This document shows, piece after piece, positions 39,891-48,296 of a stretch of DNA of 64,000 nt (its first letter is position 1; each line of letters opens with the position of its first letter). The stretch comes from a virus (taxonomy: Duplodnaviria; Caudoviricetes): IMG/VR virus record IMGVR_UViG_3300021399_000098; one strand, 5' to 3'. Below the pieces are notes generated by a model. That model was not told the DNA's origin. It was given only the letters and a program-made list of their open reading frames with translations, and did no database searches. Both the position numbers and the translations under genes were made by a program.

Positions 39891-41042
39891 TTATCTAACA
39901 TATAAACCTAATGGCTTATTTTTCAACACCTTGATGAGTTGTTCATTCATTGTGGACTGTTTTTCCATCAAGTTCCAAGGTGTCATTCTTTCTAATCTTT
40001 CCTTTAATTCGTTAAGAACAGTTTCCTTCTCAGACTTTCCTTGTTCAAGTAGCATGTTATAGTCCATCTGCATTTCTGCCTCTGGAATCTTCACCACACC
40101 ACTATATGTACCTCTTATAATACCAAGCAAAATCTTAGCCTCCGCCACAAGTAAACGTCTGATAATCTGCTGTGTAGGATTGTTCATCAACTCATACCTC
40201 ATCTTATCCAATGGAACTTCATCTGGGGTTATTATCACATCATCCTTATTCTCAATTCTACAAAGGTCAGCAGCATCATCACTTCCACTTACATCATAAT
40301 ATGTGTACCATACATAACAATTCGCATACTTATTCCAACCCCAAGTATCATCAGCAGCAATACCACCAACCATATTTGGAGAACCTGGAACAGAAAGCAA
40401 ATGAACCAAGTGTGTTCCCTCTGGTCCAGCCGTAACTTGATAAGCCAAATCGCCTCTCAATAGAGAGTTTTTATATTTCAAGTCAGCTGACATTAAAGCT
40501 GTATCATATGCAGAACCAACATAGAAACCAGTGATACCCATACCATTGCCCATGTTACCATATTGTCCAAAACCGCCACCAATACCTGTGTCTAGAGTAC
40601 CTAGATTACCATAAAGTGCTGCTTTGGTTGTAGATGGAGTTACATACATAACCTTGTTGATTTCACGCCCAGCTGGTATAACATATACTTGTTTTCCTCT
40701 CTCAACTTGGAAAAAGTCTTTCTTAAGCTCATATGGGCCTCTCTGTTGTAGTCCGACCTCGCGACTAAACCAGTACGAATAATCACGAGACCAATCCATT
40801 GTTCGTATCGTCATCGCATATGCCAATTCGTTAGCATTTTGGAATTGGAATGTATTTTTATTCTGAATATTAAGCCATTGCGTTTCGATTACCCAATTTT
40901 GAACCTTTTCAGCATAATCGCCAATAGCGACATCCAAAAGGTCACAAAGTTGTTCATCTTCAAGCTGAACAATACGTATTGGAGCGCCTAGCATTGTGCG
41001 AACTGTACGAAATAGGCTTTTTACATCTTCTGTTAATACCAT
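39891..41042 (-). CDS. Neck / head-tail connector protein (T4 gp13-like)
   Basis: LGAPIRIVQLEDEQLCDLLDVAIGDY, and the C-terminal AEAKILLGIIRGTYSG...LLEQGKSEKETVLNEL, match the gp13 pattern. Start ATG 41042. Confidence 0.8.
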   Translation of the reverse strand: MVLTEDVKSLFRTVRTMLGAPIRIVQLEDEQLCDLLDVAIGDYAEKVQNWVIETQWLNIQNKNTFQFQNANELAYAMTIRTMDWSRDYSYWFSREVGLQQRGPYELKKDFFQVERGKQVYVIPAGREINKVMYVTPSTTKAALYGNLGTLDTGIGGGFGQYGNMGNGMGITGFYVGSAYDTALMSADLKYKNSLLRGDLAYQVTAGPEGTHLVHLLSVPGSPNMVGGIAADDTWGWNKYANCYVWYTYYDVSGSDDAADLCRIENKDDVIITPDEVPLDKMRYELMNNPTQQIIRRLLVAEAKILLGIIRGTYSGVVKIPEAEMQMDYNMLLEQGKSEKETVLNELKERLERMTPWNLMEKQSTMNEQLIKVLKNKPLGLYVR

Positions 41043-41091
41043 AGTATAGTTATTTATACTATAAATATTAGTCAATAAAAAAAGATACTAC

Positions 41092-43422
41092 CTAAATAGC
41101 ACCTTTTATATTGTTTACTTCAAACAATAAACCAAGTTTCTCATCATAAACTGCCGAATGAAGCAATAATGGAGACTCTTCATGTTTAGCAATTATAATC
41201 CAATTATTCATATTTAATTCATGGCCATTTCTCATACCATATTTATATTTGTATATATTTTCTGGTAACACCTCTTTAAAATAGTTAATATGGGTTTTAA
41301 TAGCATCATACTTTGTTTCACTATCATTTTCTATTTTATAAGACGGTATTTGTATGTTTCCACTAATGCTGCCATCACTTTTTTTTGCTCTAGCAAAAAT
41401 ATCTTCACTAACGCCCCTAAATCCAAGTCTAGATGATATTACTTTCGAATTTTTCTTTTTACTCGTTCTACGCGGTTTCATACTAGAATAAGATGCAGAT
41501 GATTCAATAAACAAACACTTCCAATACTTTTTAAACAGCCCTCTATTTTTATCACAAAATTCTGAATACAAATTATAAAAATCTTCTTTAGTTAATAATC
41601 TACCATTATAACCCTTTAAAAAATTACACCAAGCATAATATATTTTGATTCCTTCTTCACATTCATAAAATGCTTCAATAAACTTATTCGTTGATTTATT
41701 ATTTACAATAATACAGTTAAGTATCACTTCGGAATCATACTCATTAAATCTATTACCTCTACCTAACCTTTGTATTGTATTTTCTGGTGAAACAACCTCA
41801 TCATTTATTTCTATTGCAGAAATATCACAACCAGTTCCAATAATAGAAGTACCAAAAACTGTTTTTCTATCATTCAAATCGCTGTTTTTTGACCTATTTT
41901 CAAACACCTCATTTAATAGTCTTTCACTATCTTCTAACGTAAAATAAGCATGTAACAATATAGTGTTTTCATAGTTTCCATATTTATTACAAAATACTTG
42001 AGAATTTTTTACAGTATTGAAAATAGATATTGAATTATCATTTACATCAATTTTACTAATATCATCAATCTCTTTTACATTAATACGTATTTTCTTATCT
42101 TTATCATACACACCAAAATCTATAAATTTAACATTATCTCCCCAAAACATATTATGATATAATGGTGGTGTTGCTGATAGTAAAAGTGTTCTAGAATTAG
42201 TAACTCTAAATCTAGCACCGCACATTGATATAAAACTTGAAAACATTGGCTTTGAATTTGTATAATTTTGGAATTCATCAAACACAACATCACAAGTTAA
42301 CGTATTTAATAATTGATGTGCAGCACCATTCTTAACGTTCATACCTAGAAAACTATCTATGACAGAAACAATAATGTCTGAATTTTCATCACCTTCTTTA
42401 TAATCGCCACCAACTAAAAGGGCGATGGAAATATCATCTTGCCGATTAATAATAGCGACAATTTTATTTAATTCTCTAAAAGAGTTTTCTGCAATACTAA
42501 TAGTCGGTGTTACCCAAAACAGCTTTCTATTACTTTGAGTCCACCATCTGAATCCAACAAACGTTTTTCCAAAACCAGTGCTAGCCTTCAAAATTACATT
42601 TTCGTAACTAGATATTTCGGTAACAAGTTTTTCTTGCTTTTCCAATCTTACTTTGTCAAAACTTTCAATGTTTCTAAAATCAATGCCATTTATAGCTTCT
42701 TTAATACTTGAACACCCATAGCTATCAATTATATTATCCATAAATTTAATATCGTTAGATACAAACTTATCAATGTCTTTGTAAAATTTAGATACCATTC
42801 TGTCTGAATAGATTAATATTGCTCTCATAAGCAAAGACATAATTAATCTATCCATACTATCTACATCTAAGTCTCTAACTTTTGGGTACATTGTAACATT
42901 TGAAACTGTTATTTCACTTGATTCATTTTCAATTAATCCAACATCAATTCCGTCCTCTTTTAAAATGGCAGCAAAGAAAAGAAACATTTCTTTTGCATTA
43001 CCAATATCATTTTTAATCTTATAACATATATCATCTACTGATAAATCACCATCTACTTCTAATACATGGTGATATAAAATGGTTCTTTTTTCATCATCAC
43101 TAAGATTAGTATACTTATTCAAAAATGCCCATGTCATAACATCATGAGTTAACTCTAGACTATCTGAATCATCACTATTTGTTGAATTAGTTAGGCTTTT
43201 TTGGAAAGCCTCTGCTACCTTTAACAAATCATGACAAATACAAACCTTGGCAATAGATTTTCTTAGTTTCTCGTTAGAATACTTAAGACTCCATAAAGCA
43301 TCCTTCTTGATAATTCTATCAAAACACCTTAATCCAAAATTTTTGGTTGCTATTGAATGGTCGATAACTGTTGTCCCACCATTATTGAGACTCTTTGCTT
43401 TAAAAACGTTTAAATCTGTCAT
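41092..43422 (-). CDS. cas3: CRISPR-associated HD nuclease-helicase Cas3, no Cas2 fusion
   Basis: HD domain DHS, CHDLLK, HDV, LYHH, IYSDR. SF2 helicase ASTGFGKT, FDEFQ, LSATP, FNTV, LHA, QRLGRGNR. Adjacent to the CRISPR array. Confidence 0.92.
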   Translation of the reverse strand: MTDLNVFKAKSLNNGGTTVIDHSIATKNFGLRCFDRIIKKDALWSLKYSNEKLRKSIAKVCICHDLLKVAEAFQKSLTNSTNSDDSDSLELTHDVMTWAFLNKYTNLSDDEKRTILYHHVLEVDGDLSVDDICYKIKNDIGNAKEMFLFFAAILKEDGIDVGLIENESSEITVSNVTMYPKVRDLDVDSMDRLIMSLLMRAILIYSDRMVSKFYKDIDKFVSNDIKFMDNIIDSYGCSSIKEAINGIDFRNIESFDKVRLEKQEKLVTEISSYENVILKASTGFGKTFVGFRWWTQSNRKLFWVTPTISIAENSFRELNKIVAIINRQDDISIALLVGGDYKEGDENSDIIVSVIDSFLGMNVKNGAAHQLLNTLTCDVVFDEFQNYTNSKPMFSSFISMCGARFRVTNSRTLLLSATPPLYHNMFWGDNVKFIDFGVYDKDKKIRINVKEIDDISKIDVNDNSISIFNTVKNSQVFCNKYGNYENTILLHAYFTLEDSERLLNEVFENRSKNSDLNDRKTVFGTSIIGTGCDISAIEINDEVVSPENTIQRLGRGNRFNEYDSEVILNCIIVNNKSTNKFIEAFYECEEGIKIYYAWCNFLKGYNGRLLTKEDFYNLYSEFCDKNRGLFKKYWKCLFIESSASYSSMKPRRTSKKKNSKVISSRLGFRGVSEDIFARAKKSDGSISGNIQIPSYKIENDSETKYDAIKTHINYFKEVLPENIYKYKYGMRNGHELNMNNWIIIAKHEESPLLLHSAVYDEKLGLLFEVNNIKGAI

Positions 43423-43451
43423 ATTTTATATATATATATTTAATTATACTG

Positions 43452-43481
43452 CAAATGTACGAATAAAAATTAAATTATAAA
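43452..43481 (-). promoter_or_regulatory. Probable dedicated cas3 promoter between the array and cas3
   Basis: Minus strand -7 box TACATTTG at 43452-43459. The -33 box is imperfect (TTTA). Confidence 0.6.
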
Positions 43482-43503
43482 AGTAATGTTCTAATTTTTA
43501 ACA

Positions 43504-44392
43504 CTTTTTATTACATTAAGTTTTAACACTAAAAACACCAAGCCCATCTGTAGGATTGTTGGCTATTTGTTGTCATTACACTAAGTTTTAACACTAAAAA
43601 CATCAAACATCATGTTAATACGCTGTGTGCAATAGTTGTCATTACTCCAAGTTTTAACACTAAAAACACATAAGTTATATTCCTTAAATCGATAAAATTA
43701 TTGTCATTACATTAAGTTTTTATACTAAAAAACATTTGACCCATTCTTCTTGATAAAAATAAAGTGTTTGTCATTACATTAAGTTTTTATACTAAAAACG
43801 CCTTAATAACGATGTTCTTTGCCGCATAACGGTTGTCATTACACTAAGTTTTCATACTAAAAACACAACGCACTGATATTGATAAAGTGTATATCTAGTT
43901 GTCATTACATTAAGTTTCAATAAAAACACTTTGAGTTTTAAAGATGCTCATTATATATTTATTGTCATTACATTAGGTTTCCATACTAAAAACACCATAT
44001 AAAACGGTGAACATAAAACAACGCAAATTGTCATTACACTAAGTTTTCATACTAAAAACACCATACAGTGCAGCACACTTTGTTGTCTCTTCGTTGTCAT
44101 TACACTAAGTTTTTATACTAAAAACGCCCAAAGATTCAGCACGAACATGTGCATTATGGTTGTCATTACACTAAGTTTTCATACTAAAAACACCGAATCT
44201 CCTATCATCGTGTAACCGCATACAGTTGTCATTACACTAAGTTTTTATACTAAAAACACCTTCAGCAGAATGTGATTCAACTTCAGCAATGTTGTCATTA
44301 CACTAAGTTTTTATACTAAAAACACCTCCTAGAGCTTTTGCCTCATTGCTACGTGCGTTGTCATTACACTAAGTTTTCATACTAAAAACACC
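43504..44392 (-). CRISPR. CRISPR array: 14 repeats (36 nt), 13 spacers (29-30 nt)
   Basis: Plus-strand consensus GTTGTCATTACACTAAGTTTT(T/C)ATACTAAAAACACC. Repeat starts at 43504, 43569, 43635, 43700, 43767, 43832, 43898 (33 nt), 43961, 44027, 44093, 44159, 44225, 44291, 44357. Period ~66 nt. Degeneration increases leftward. The minus strand ends ATGACAAC. Confidence 0.98.
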
Positions 44393-44436
44393 TAATAACT
44401 CATAACAGTCTATATTATAAGTTATTAGACGATAAA

Positions 44437-45405
44437 TCACTCAGAAATTTTGGTAAATTCTTCTTTCCAATCAAACATTGGTGGTAATTTTCCTATTCCT
44501 AAAATCTTAACAACCCCACCATCCATAATGGTTGGCATTCTTCCATACTGTCTAAGTTCTTCTATCAGATTTTCATTTTCAATCTCAACTATAATTCTAC
44601 CATTATAAGTTACCTTTTTACTTTTAATGCCATGTCTTTCTAGAATTGGGCATTTTGAGGAACAATCACAATTATGAGAAGTCGTTGTATTCTTAATGTT
44701 TCCATTGAACACTGCTTCATACCATCCTTGTGATGAAATTATTTTTAATCTATCGCCATATTCTTTCTTGAAAGATTTCATTTCATCGCTATCCACATAC
44801 TTTTTAACTTCAACTAGGAATTCTGGAAAAGAGTATTTCTTAATGACATCTTCACAGCCAAACAACTTATTAAAAAAATCTTTTACAATCTCAAATAAAA
44901 GTTCATCACCATTCTTTTTTCTCTCATTCGATTTAACAAATGATGGATAATTAAACCATTTAGGTTTAAACTGTGCTTTAAAACTCTCCCACGTAAAATT
45001 ACCTTGATATTTTTCGCCACCAACAATTGTGGTAACTTTTCTATTTGAGTCAAAATTTGCCTTTTGGGACCAAAATGTGGTGGTTAAAAATCTTTTATCA
45101 CCTTTCTTTGTTATGTAGAAATATTGATTATCATATTTAACATAACTATGATTTAATGCCAAGTCATAAATCTCTTCATTCCTTGTAAAGATACTTTTCC
45201 TCATACTAGGAACTGGAGGGTATCCAAACAAATAATGAAGCATATTGCTAATATGATTAACCTTTAATGGGTTATTCAAGTCCACCTCATATGAGGTGGA
45301 CTTGTAAATTGAATTTTCATCCCTTCTATAGTCTGTTGATTTACTATTTGACTTGCTATCCACCATTAAATCAGCAGATTTAAATTCTAAATATAAATAA
45401 TACAT
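44437..45405 (-). CDS. cas5: Cas5-family RAMP with a large helical insertion (Cas5fv / I-F2-like)
   Basis: N-terminal strand YLYLEF; ISNMLHYLFG helix; central helical region; C-terminal YNGRIIVEI...PTIMDGGVVKILGI. Size (322 aa) and layout resemble Cas5fv as recalled. Lies between cas7 and the array. Confidence 0.7.
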   Translation of the reverse strand: MYYLYLEFKSADLMVDSKSNSKSTDYRRDENSIYKSTSYEVDLNNPLKVNHISNMLHYLFGYPPVPSMRKSIFTRNEEIYDLALNHSYVKYDNQYFYITKKGDKRFLTTTFWSQKANFDSNRKVTTIVGGEKYQGNFTWESFKAQFKPKWFNYPSFVKSNERKKNGDELLFEIVKDFFNKLFGCEDVIKKYSFPEFLVEVKKYVDSDEMKSFKKEYGDRLKIISSQGWYEAVFNGNIKNTTTSHNCDCSSKCPILERHGIKSKKVTYNGRIIVEIENENLIEELRQYGRMPTIMDGGVVKILGIGKLPPMFDWKEEFTKISE

Positions 45406-45407
45406 AA

Positions 45408-46484
45408 CTAAATACTCTCCGCAATACTTAAATCATCCTCTTCTTCTTTACTACTTTTTTTTGTTTTTTTGTTGGCTTTTTCCAACTTTTGCTCTTCATT
45501 CAATTTTACAATTTCTTGTATGTTCTTTTCTTGAGCCTTTTTATACTCTTCAATATATGTAGAATCCGCAACTTTATAAAAACAATCAATTTTGCTAAGA
45601 TTCATATTTTCAATATCATCAATTGAACGTATATTAATCCATTCATTCTCATAATCCAAGCTAACTAAATCATCACATAACTGAATTTTAAGCGATGTTG
45701 TCTTCATACTGCCCATTCTACCATGAGCTTCAACACGAAGCATACTAATCAAAGTATTTTTAAGTATACGCTCAATAACTTCATTGTTAAGAAGTATTCC
45801 ATATTCTGGATGAACACTTCTATTTGCTAAAAAATAACCTACTGTTGGATTTGACAAATCACCAAACTCTTGATTTAAAAACTCTTTAAATTTACCACTG
45901 CTTACCCAATCTGGTAGAACATACATTCTATCATTTTTTTCACTAGCTGATAAGAATTGAATTTCACACATATCTATGTTTCCCTCTGCTTCCCATACAG
46001 TCTTACCAAGAGTCTCCACATTGAACATAGATGTTGAAGCTCTTTTACCAGTTGTTGGGTCTACAACATTTGACGTTTGAACAGTAAACTGTGGTTTTGC
46101 GTCATTTACTAATGAAGCATCAGTAATGTTAAAACTACTTTTTTTGTGCAAGTTAATACCTTTTTTAAGAAGTAAAGTAGTTCCTCTACATAAAGTCTCC
46201 CACCTTGCAAGTTCATGCATTGTTATGTTTTCATTAATCGCATCATATGGAGAAACTTGATTACCAAATATATAATACCTCAACTTGTTTTTATCAATTT
46301 TAGGAACAGCCATTAATTTTTCACCGTCATTTTGATAATAATTTTTTTTCATGACAAGAGTATTATCATTAAACTTTCCATGACAACTATAAAGCTCGTT
46401 TAAGATACCAAGCTGATTTTCAAGGGAATCATAATTTACACAACCCTCTCCTTCAAAAATAATTTTAAATTTAATTGACCTCAT
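45408..46484 (-). CDS. cas7: Cas7 backbone, I-F2 (Cas7fv)-like
   Basis: SIKFKIIFEGEGCVNY, IDKNKLRYYIF, LCRG, KKSSFNITD, RASTSMFNVETLGKTVWEAEGNIDMCEIQFLS...DR and EYGILLNNE are colinear with motifs recalled from Shewanella Cas7fv. Confidence 0.82.
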   Translation of the reverse strand: MRSIKFKIIFEGEGCVNYDSLENQLGILNELYSCHGKFNDNTLVMKKNYYQNDGEKLMAVPKIDKNKLRYYIFGNQVSPYDAINENITMHELARWETLCRGTTLLLKKGINLHKKSSFNITDASLVNDAKPQFTVQTSNVVDPTTGKRASTSMFNVETLGKTVWEAEGNIDMCEIQFLSASEKNDRMYVLPDWVSSGKFKEFLNQEFGDLSNPTVGYFLANRSVHPEYGILLNNEVIERILKNTLISMLRVEAHGRMGSMKTTSLKIQLCDDLVSLDYENEWINIRSIDDIENMNLSKIDCFYKVADSTYIEEYKKAQEKNIQEIVKLNEEQKLEKANKKTKKSSKEEEDDLSIAESI

Positions 46485-46494
46485 ATTTTTTATT

Positions 46495-47160
46495 TTAAAT
46501 TAATTTAACAGAACCAAAACCAAAACCAGTTGATGAACCTAATCCTAGCTCATATATAAGTTTTCTTGCTTTTTTATTTCCTTTAACAAGTAACATCACT
46601 TGTGAACATATATTTTTACACCCATTTATATTATAAAAACGTATTTTAGAATTTTCTGGATGAAATAATTCAAAATCCAAAGTATTAGCTATTCTTTCAC
46701 TTAAACCATTATGTATCAATTTTTTAATTGACTTTTCTCTTAAATGAGGAACAAATTCATCATCTTCAAATGTTATGAATTTATCTTTAGTTTGTAACCT
46801 TATTGGACTAGTTGTACGAATTATATCGTATTCAGAATGAACATTAAATTCAGATAACTCAAATTTTCTAAATTTTAAATTTGAAATGTATAACTCATTT
46901 CTATTATATGTAAGACTTAAAACTATTTTATCAATAAACTCATTATCACATGACGAAATAGTTAAAAACGCCCCATCAACAAAAATCACATTACCATCTA
47001 GATATATCCCATTCTGTAAACGTGAAACACTATATTTAGAAAACTTCCCATGATAAGGATTATTTTCTCCCAAAAGTTTATTCACAAATCCATTAACTTT
47101 TTTGTAAGAAATGTTAACGTCAAATTCATCTTTTCCATCAAAAAATATTTTTATAATCAT
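46495..47160 (-). CDS. cas6: CRISPR-associated endoribonuclease Cas6 (generic I-B/III-like, not Cas6f/Csy4)
   Basis: YSVSRL, LTISS, TTSPIRL and the C-terminal G-rich loop YELGLGSSTGFGFG (GhGxxxxxGhG). Confidence 0.9.
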   Translation of the reverse strand: MIIKIFFDGKDEFDVNISYKKVNGFVNKLLGENNPYHGKFSKYSVSRLQNGIYLDGNVIFVDGAFLTISSCDNEFIDKIVLSLTYNRNELYISNLKFRKFELSEFNVHSEYDIIRTTSPIRLQTKDKFITFEDDEFVPHLREKSIKKLIHNGLSERIANTLDFELFHPENSKIRFYNINGCKNICSQVMLLVKGNKKARKLIYELGLGSSTGFGFGSVKLI

Positions 47161-47186
47161 ATAATTTTAATTTAATTATTATGATA

Positions 47187-47218
47187 CAAATATATATAAA
47201 AAAAATTGGATTAACAAA
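47187..47218 (-). promoter_or_regulatory. Bacteroidota-type promoter for cas6-cas7-cas5 (and possibly the array)
   Basis: Minus strand TTTG-N20-TATATTTG, 26 nt upstream of the cas6 ATG. Confidence 0.8.
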
Positions 47219-47243
47219 ATAATCAACCCAATTTTAACACTAA

Positions 47244-47669
47244 TTAACTATTTGTTACTTTTTCTTCTTTTTCTGTAAAATACTCCCTAAAATTATTTGT
47301 TCTATAATCAAACATTTCGTTTGTTAATATTACATCTTCTTTATTTTCTTCACCTTCCATATTAGCCATCATAAGCAACTCATCAATATCTTCATCTGTG
47401 ACAAACTTTCTATCAAGCTTATCACAAATTTTTAGCATACACACACCCCCTCCGTGTGAAAAACGACCTTCAAGTTTTGTTATCTCTAAATCATCATCCG
47501 TAGAATCTTCCTTATCTGAACGAAGAGACAAAACACCAACCGAACTATCGCTATCTTTATCTGTAATTATAAATTGGTAGTATGATTCTCCATTATTAAT
47601 GACTTCAAAGCCGTTTTCTTTTAAATCCCTAATCTTTACTGGAATGTTTAAAATATAAGTAACACTCAT
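47244..47669 (-). CDS. Hypothetical acidic protein (141 aa)
   Basis: ORF only. Confidence 0.7.
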   Translation of the reverse strand: MSVTYILNIPVKIRDLKENGFEVINNGESYYQFIITDKDSDSSVGVLSLRSDKEDSTDDDLEITKLEGRFSHGGGVCMLKICDKLDRKFVTDEDIDELLMMANMEGEENKEDVILTNEMFDYRTNNFREYFTEKEEKVTNS

Positions 47670-47723
47670 AACTTATGCTTTTTTAATAAATTATTATTTT
47701 TTAATATAAACATACTATTATCT

Positions 47724-48296
47724 TTATTTATTTTTTCTCATTTCAGCAATAGGTCTAAGTATATCTTGAAATCCATCTATCTTACTACCTATATATTCTT
47801 TACAATAGCTTACTCTCGTAAGCCTATTCCTATATTTTTGGTTGTCAGCAGATTTCTTGTCTCTACCCTTTCCGTCAAACACAGTACCTCTAACATTTGG
47901 ATTCCTTGAAAGTGCCTCTCCAAACTTTCTATGCGCTGTTTTTATATACAGCTTATAATCATGCTCATCATCTGATAGTGACTTAACTATGCCACCAACG
48001 AAATTGAATATAATCGTGCTAAGTCCTAGTCCTTGATAGTCTTCAAGTATAACAATTCTACTTATAGAACAACCATAAGGTATTCCTTTTCTAGGCGTGT
48101 TAAGAATTCCAACGAATCCGACTGGAACACCATCCCATTCAAATAACAAACATTTACAAGACTTATTAATTTCAGCAGTCAAATAATGGCATTTTGAAAA
48201 TCCTAAGCTTTTCCACACACTAGGTTCTACTCTTCTAACAGTTAATTGAATGTTTGGTCTTTGTCCTTTAGAATGGTCAATCTTTATTACTTTCAT
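47724..48296 (-). CDS. GNAT-fold acetyltransferase of the phage ABC-ATPase-associated family
   Basis: FSKCHYL; ISRIVILEDYQGLGLS acetyl-CoA motif; YIKTAH. Likely start ATG 48296 (MKVIKIDH). Confidence 0.78.
   Translation of the reverse strand: MKVIKIDHSKGQRPNIQLTVRRVEPSVWKSLGFSKCHYLTAEINKSCKCLLFEWDGVPVGFVGILNTPRKGIPYGCSISRIVILEDYQGLGLSTIIFNFVGGIVKSLSDDEHDYKLYIKTAHRKFGEALSRNPNVRGTVFDGKGRDKKSADNQKYRNRLTRVSYCKEYIGSKIDGFQDILRPIAEMRKNK

Noticed and set aside
40173-40184. Self-targeting: the leftmost spacer shares TGTAGGATTGTT with the neck gene
   Set aside because: Only 12 of 29 nt match and the flanks differ, so this is chance. The check was by eye and not exhaustive.
43504-44392. CRISPR array as a translated ORF (66-nt period, many spacers open in frame)
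   Set aside because: The minus-strand repeat carries TAG/TAA in that frame, and indels shift the phase.
44437-45405. 322-aa gene as Cas8, or as a class 2 effector given the type II/VI-like repeat
   Set aside because: No RuvC, HNH or paired HEPN motifs seen, and it is too small. RAMP-like N- and C-terminal strands fit Cas5. No anti-repeat/tracrRNA noticed nearby.
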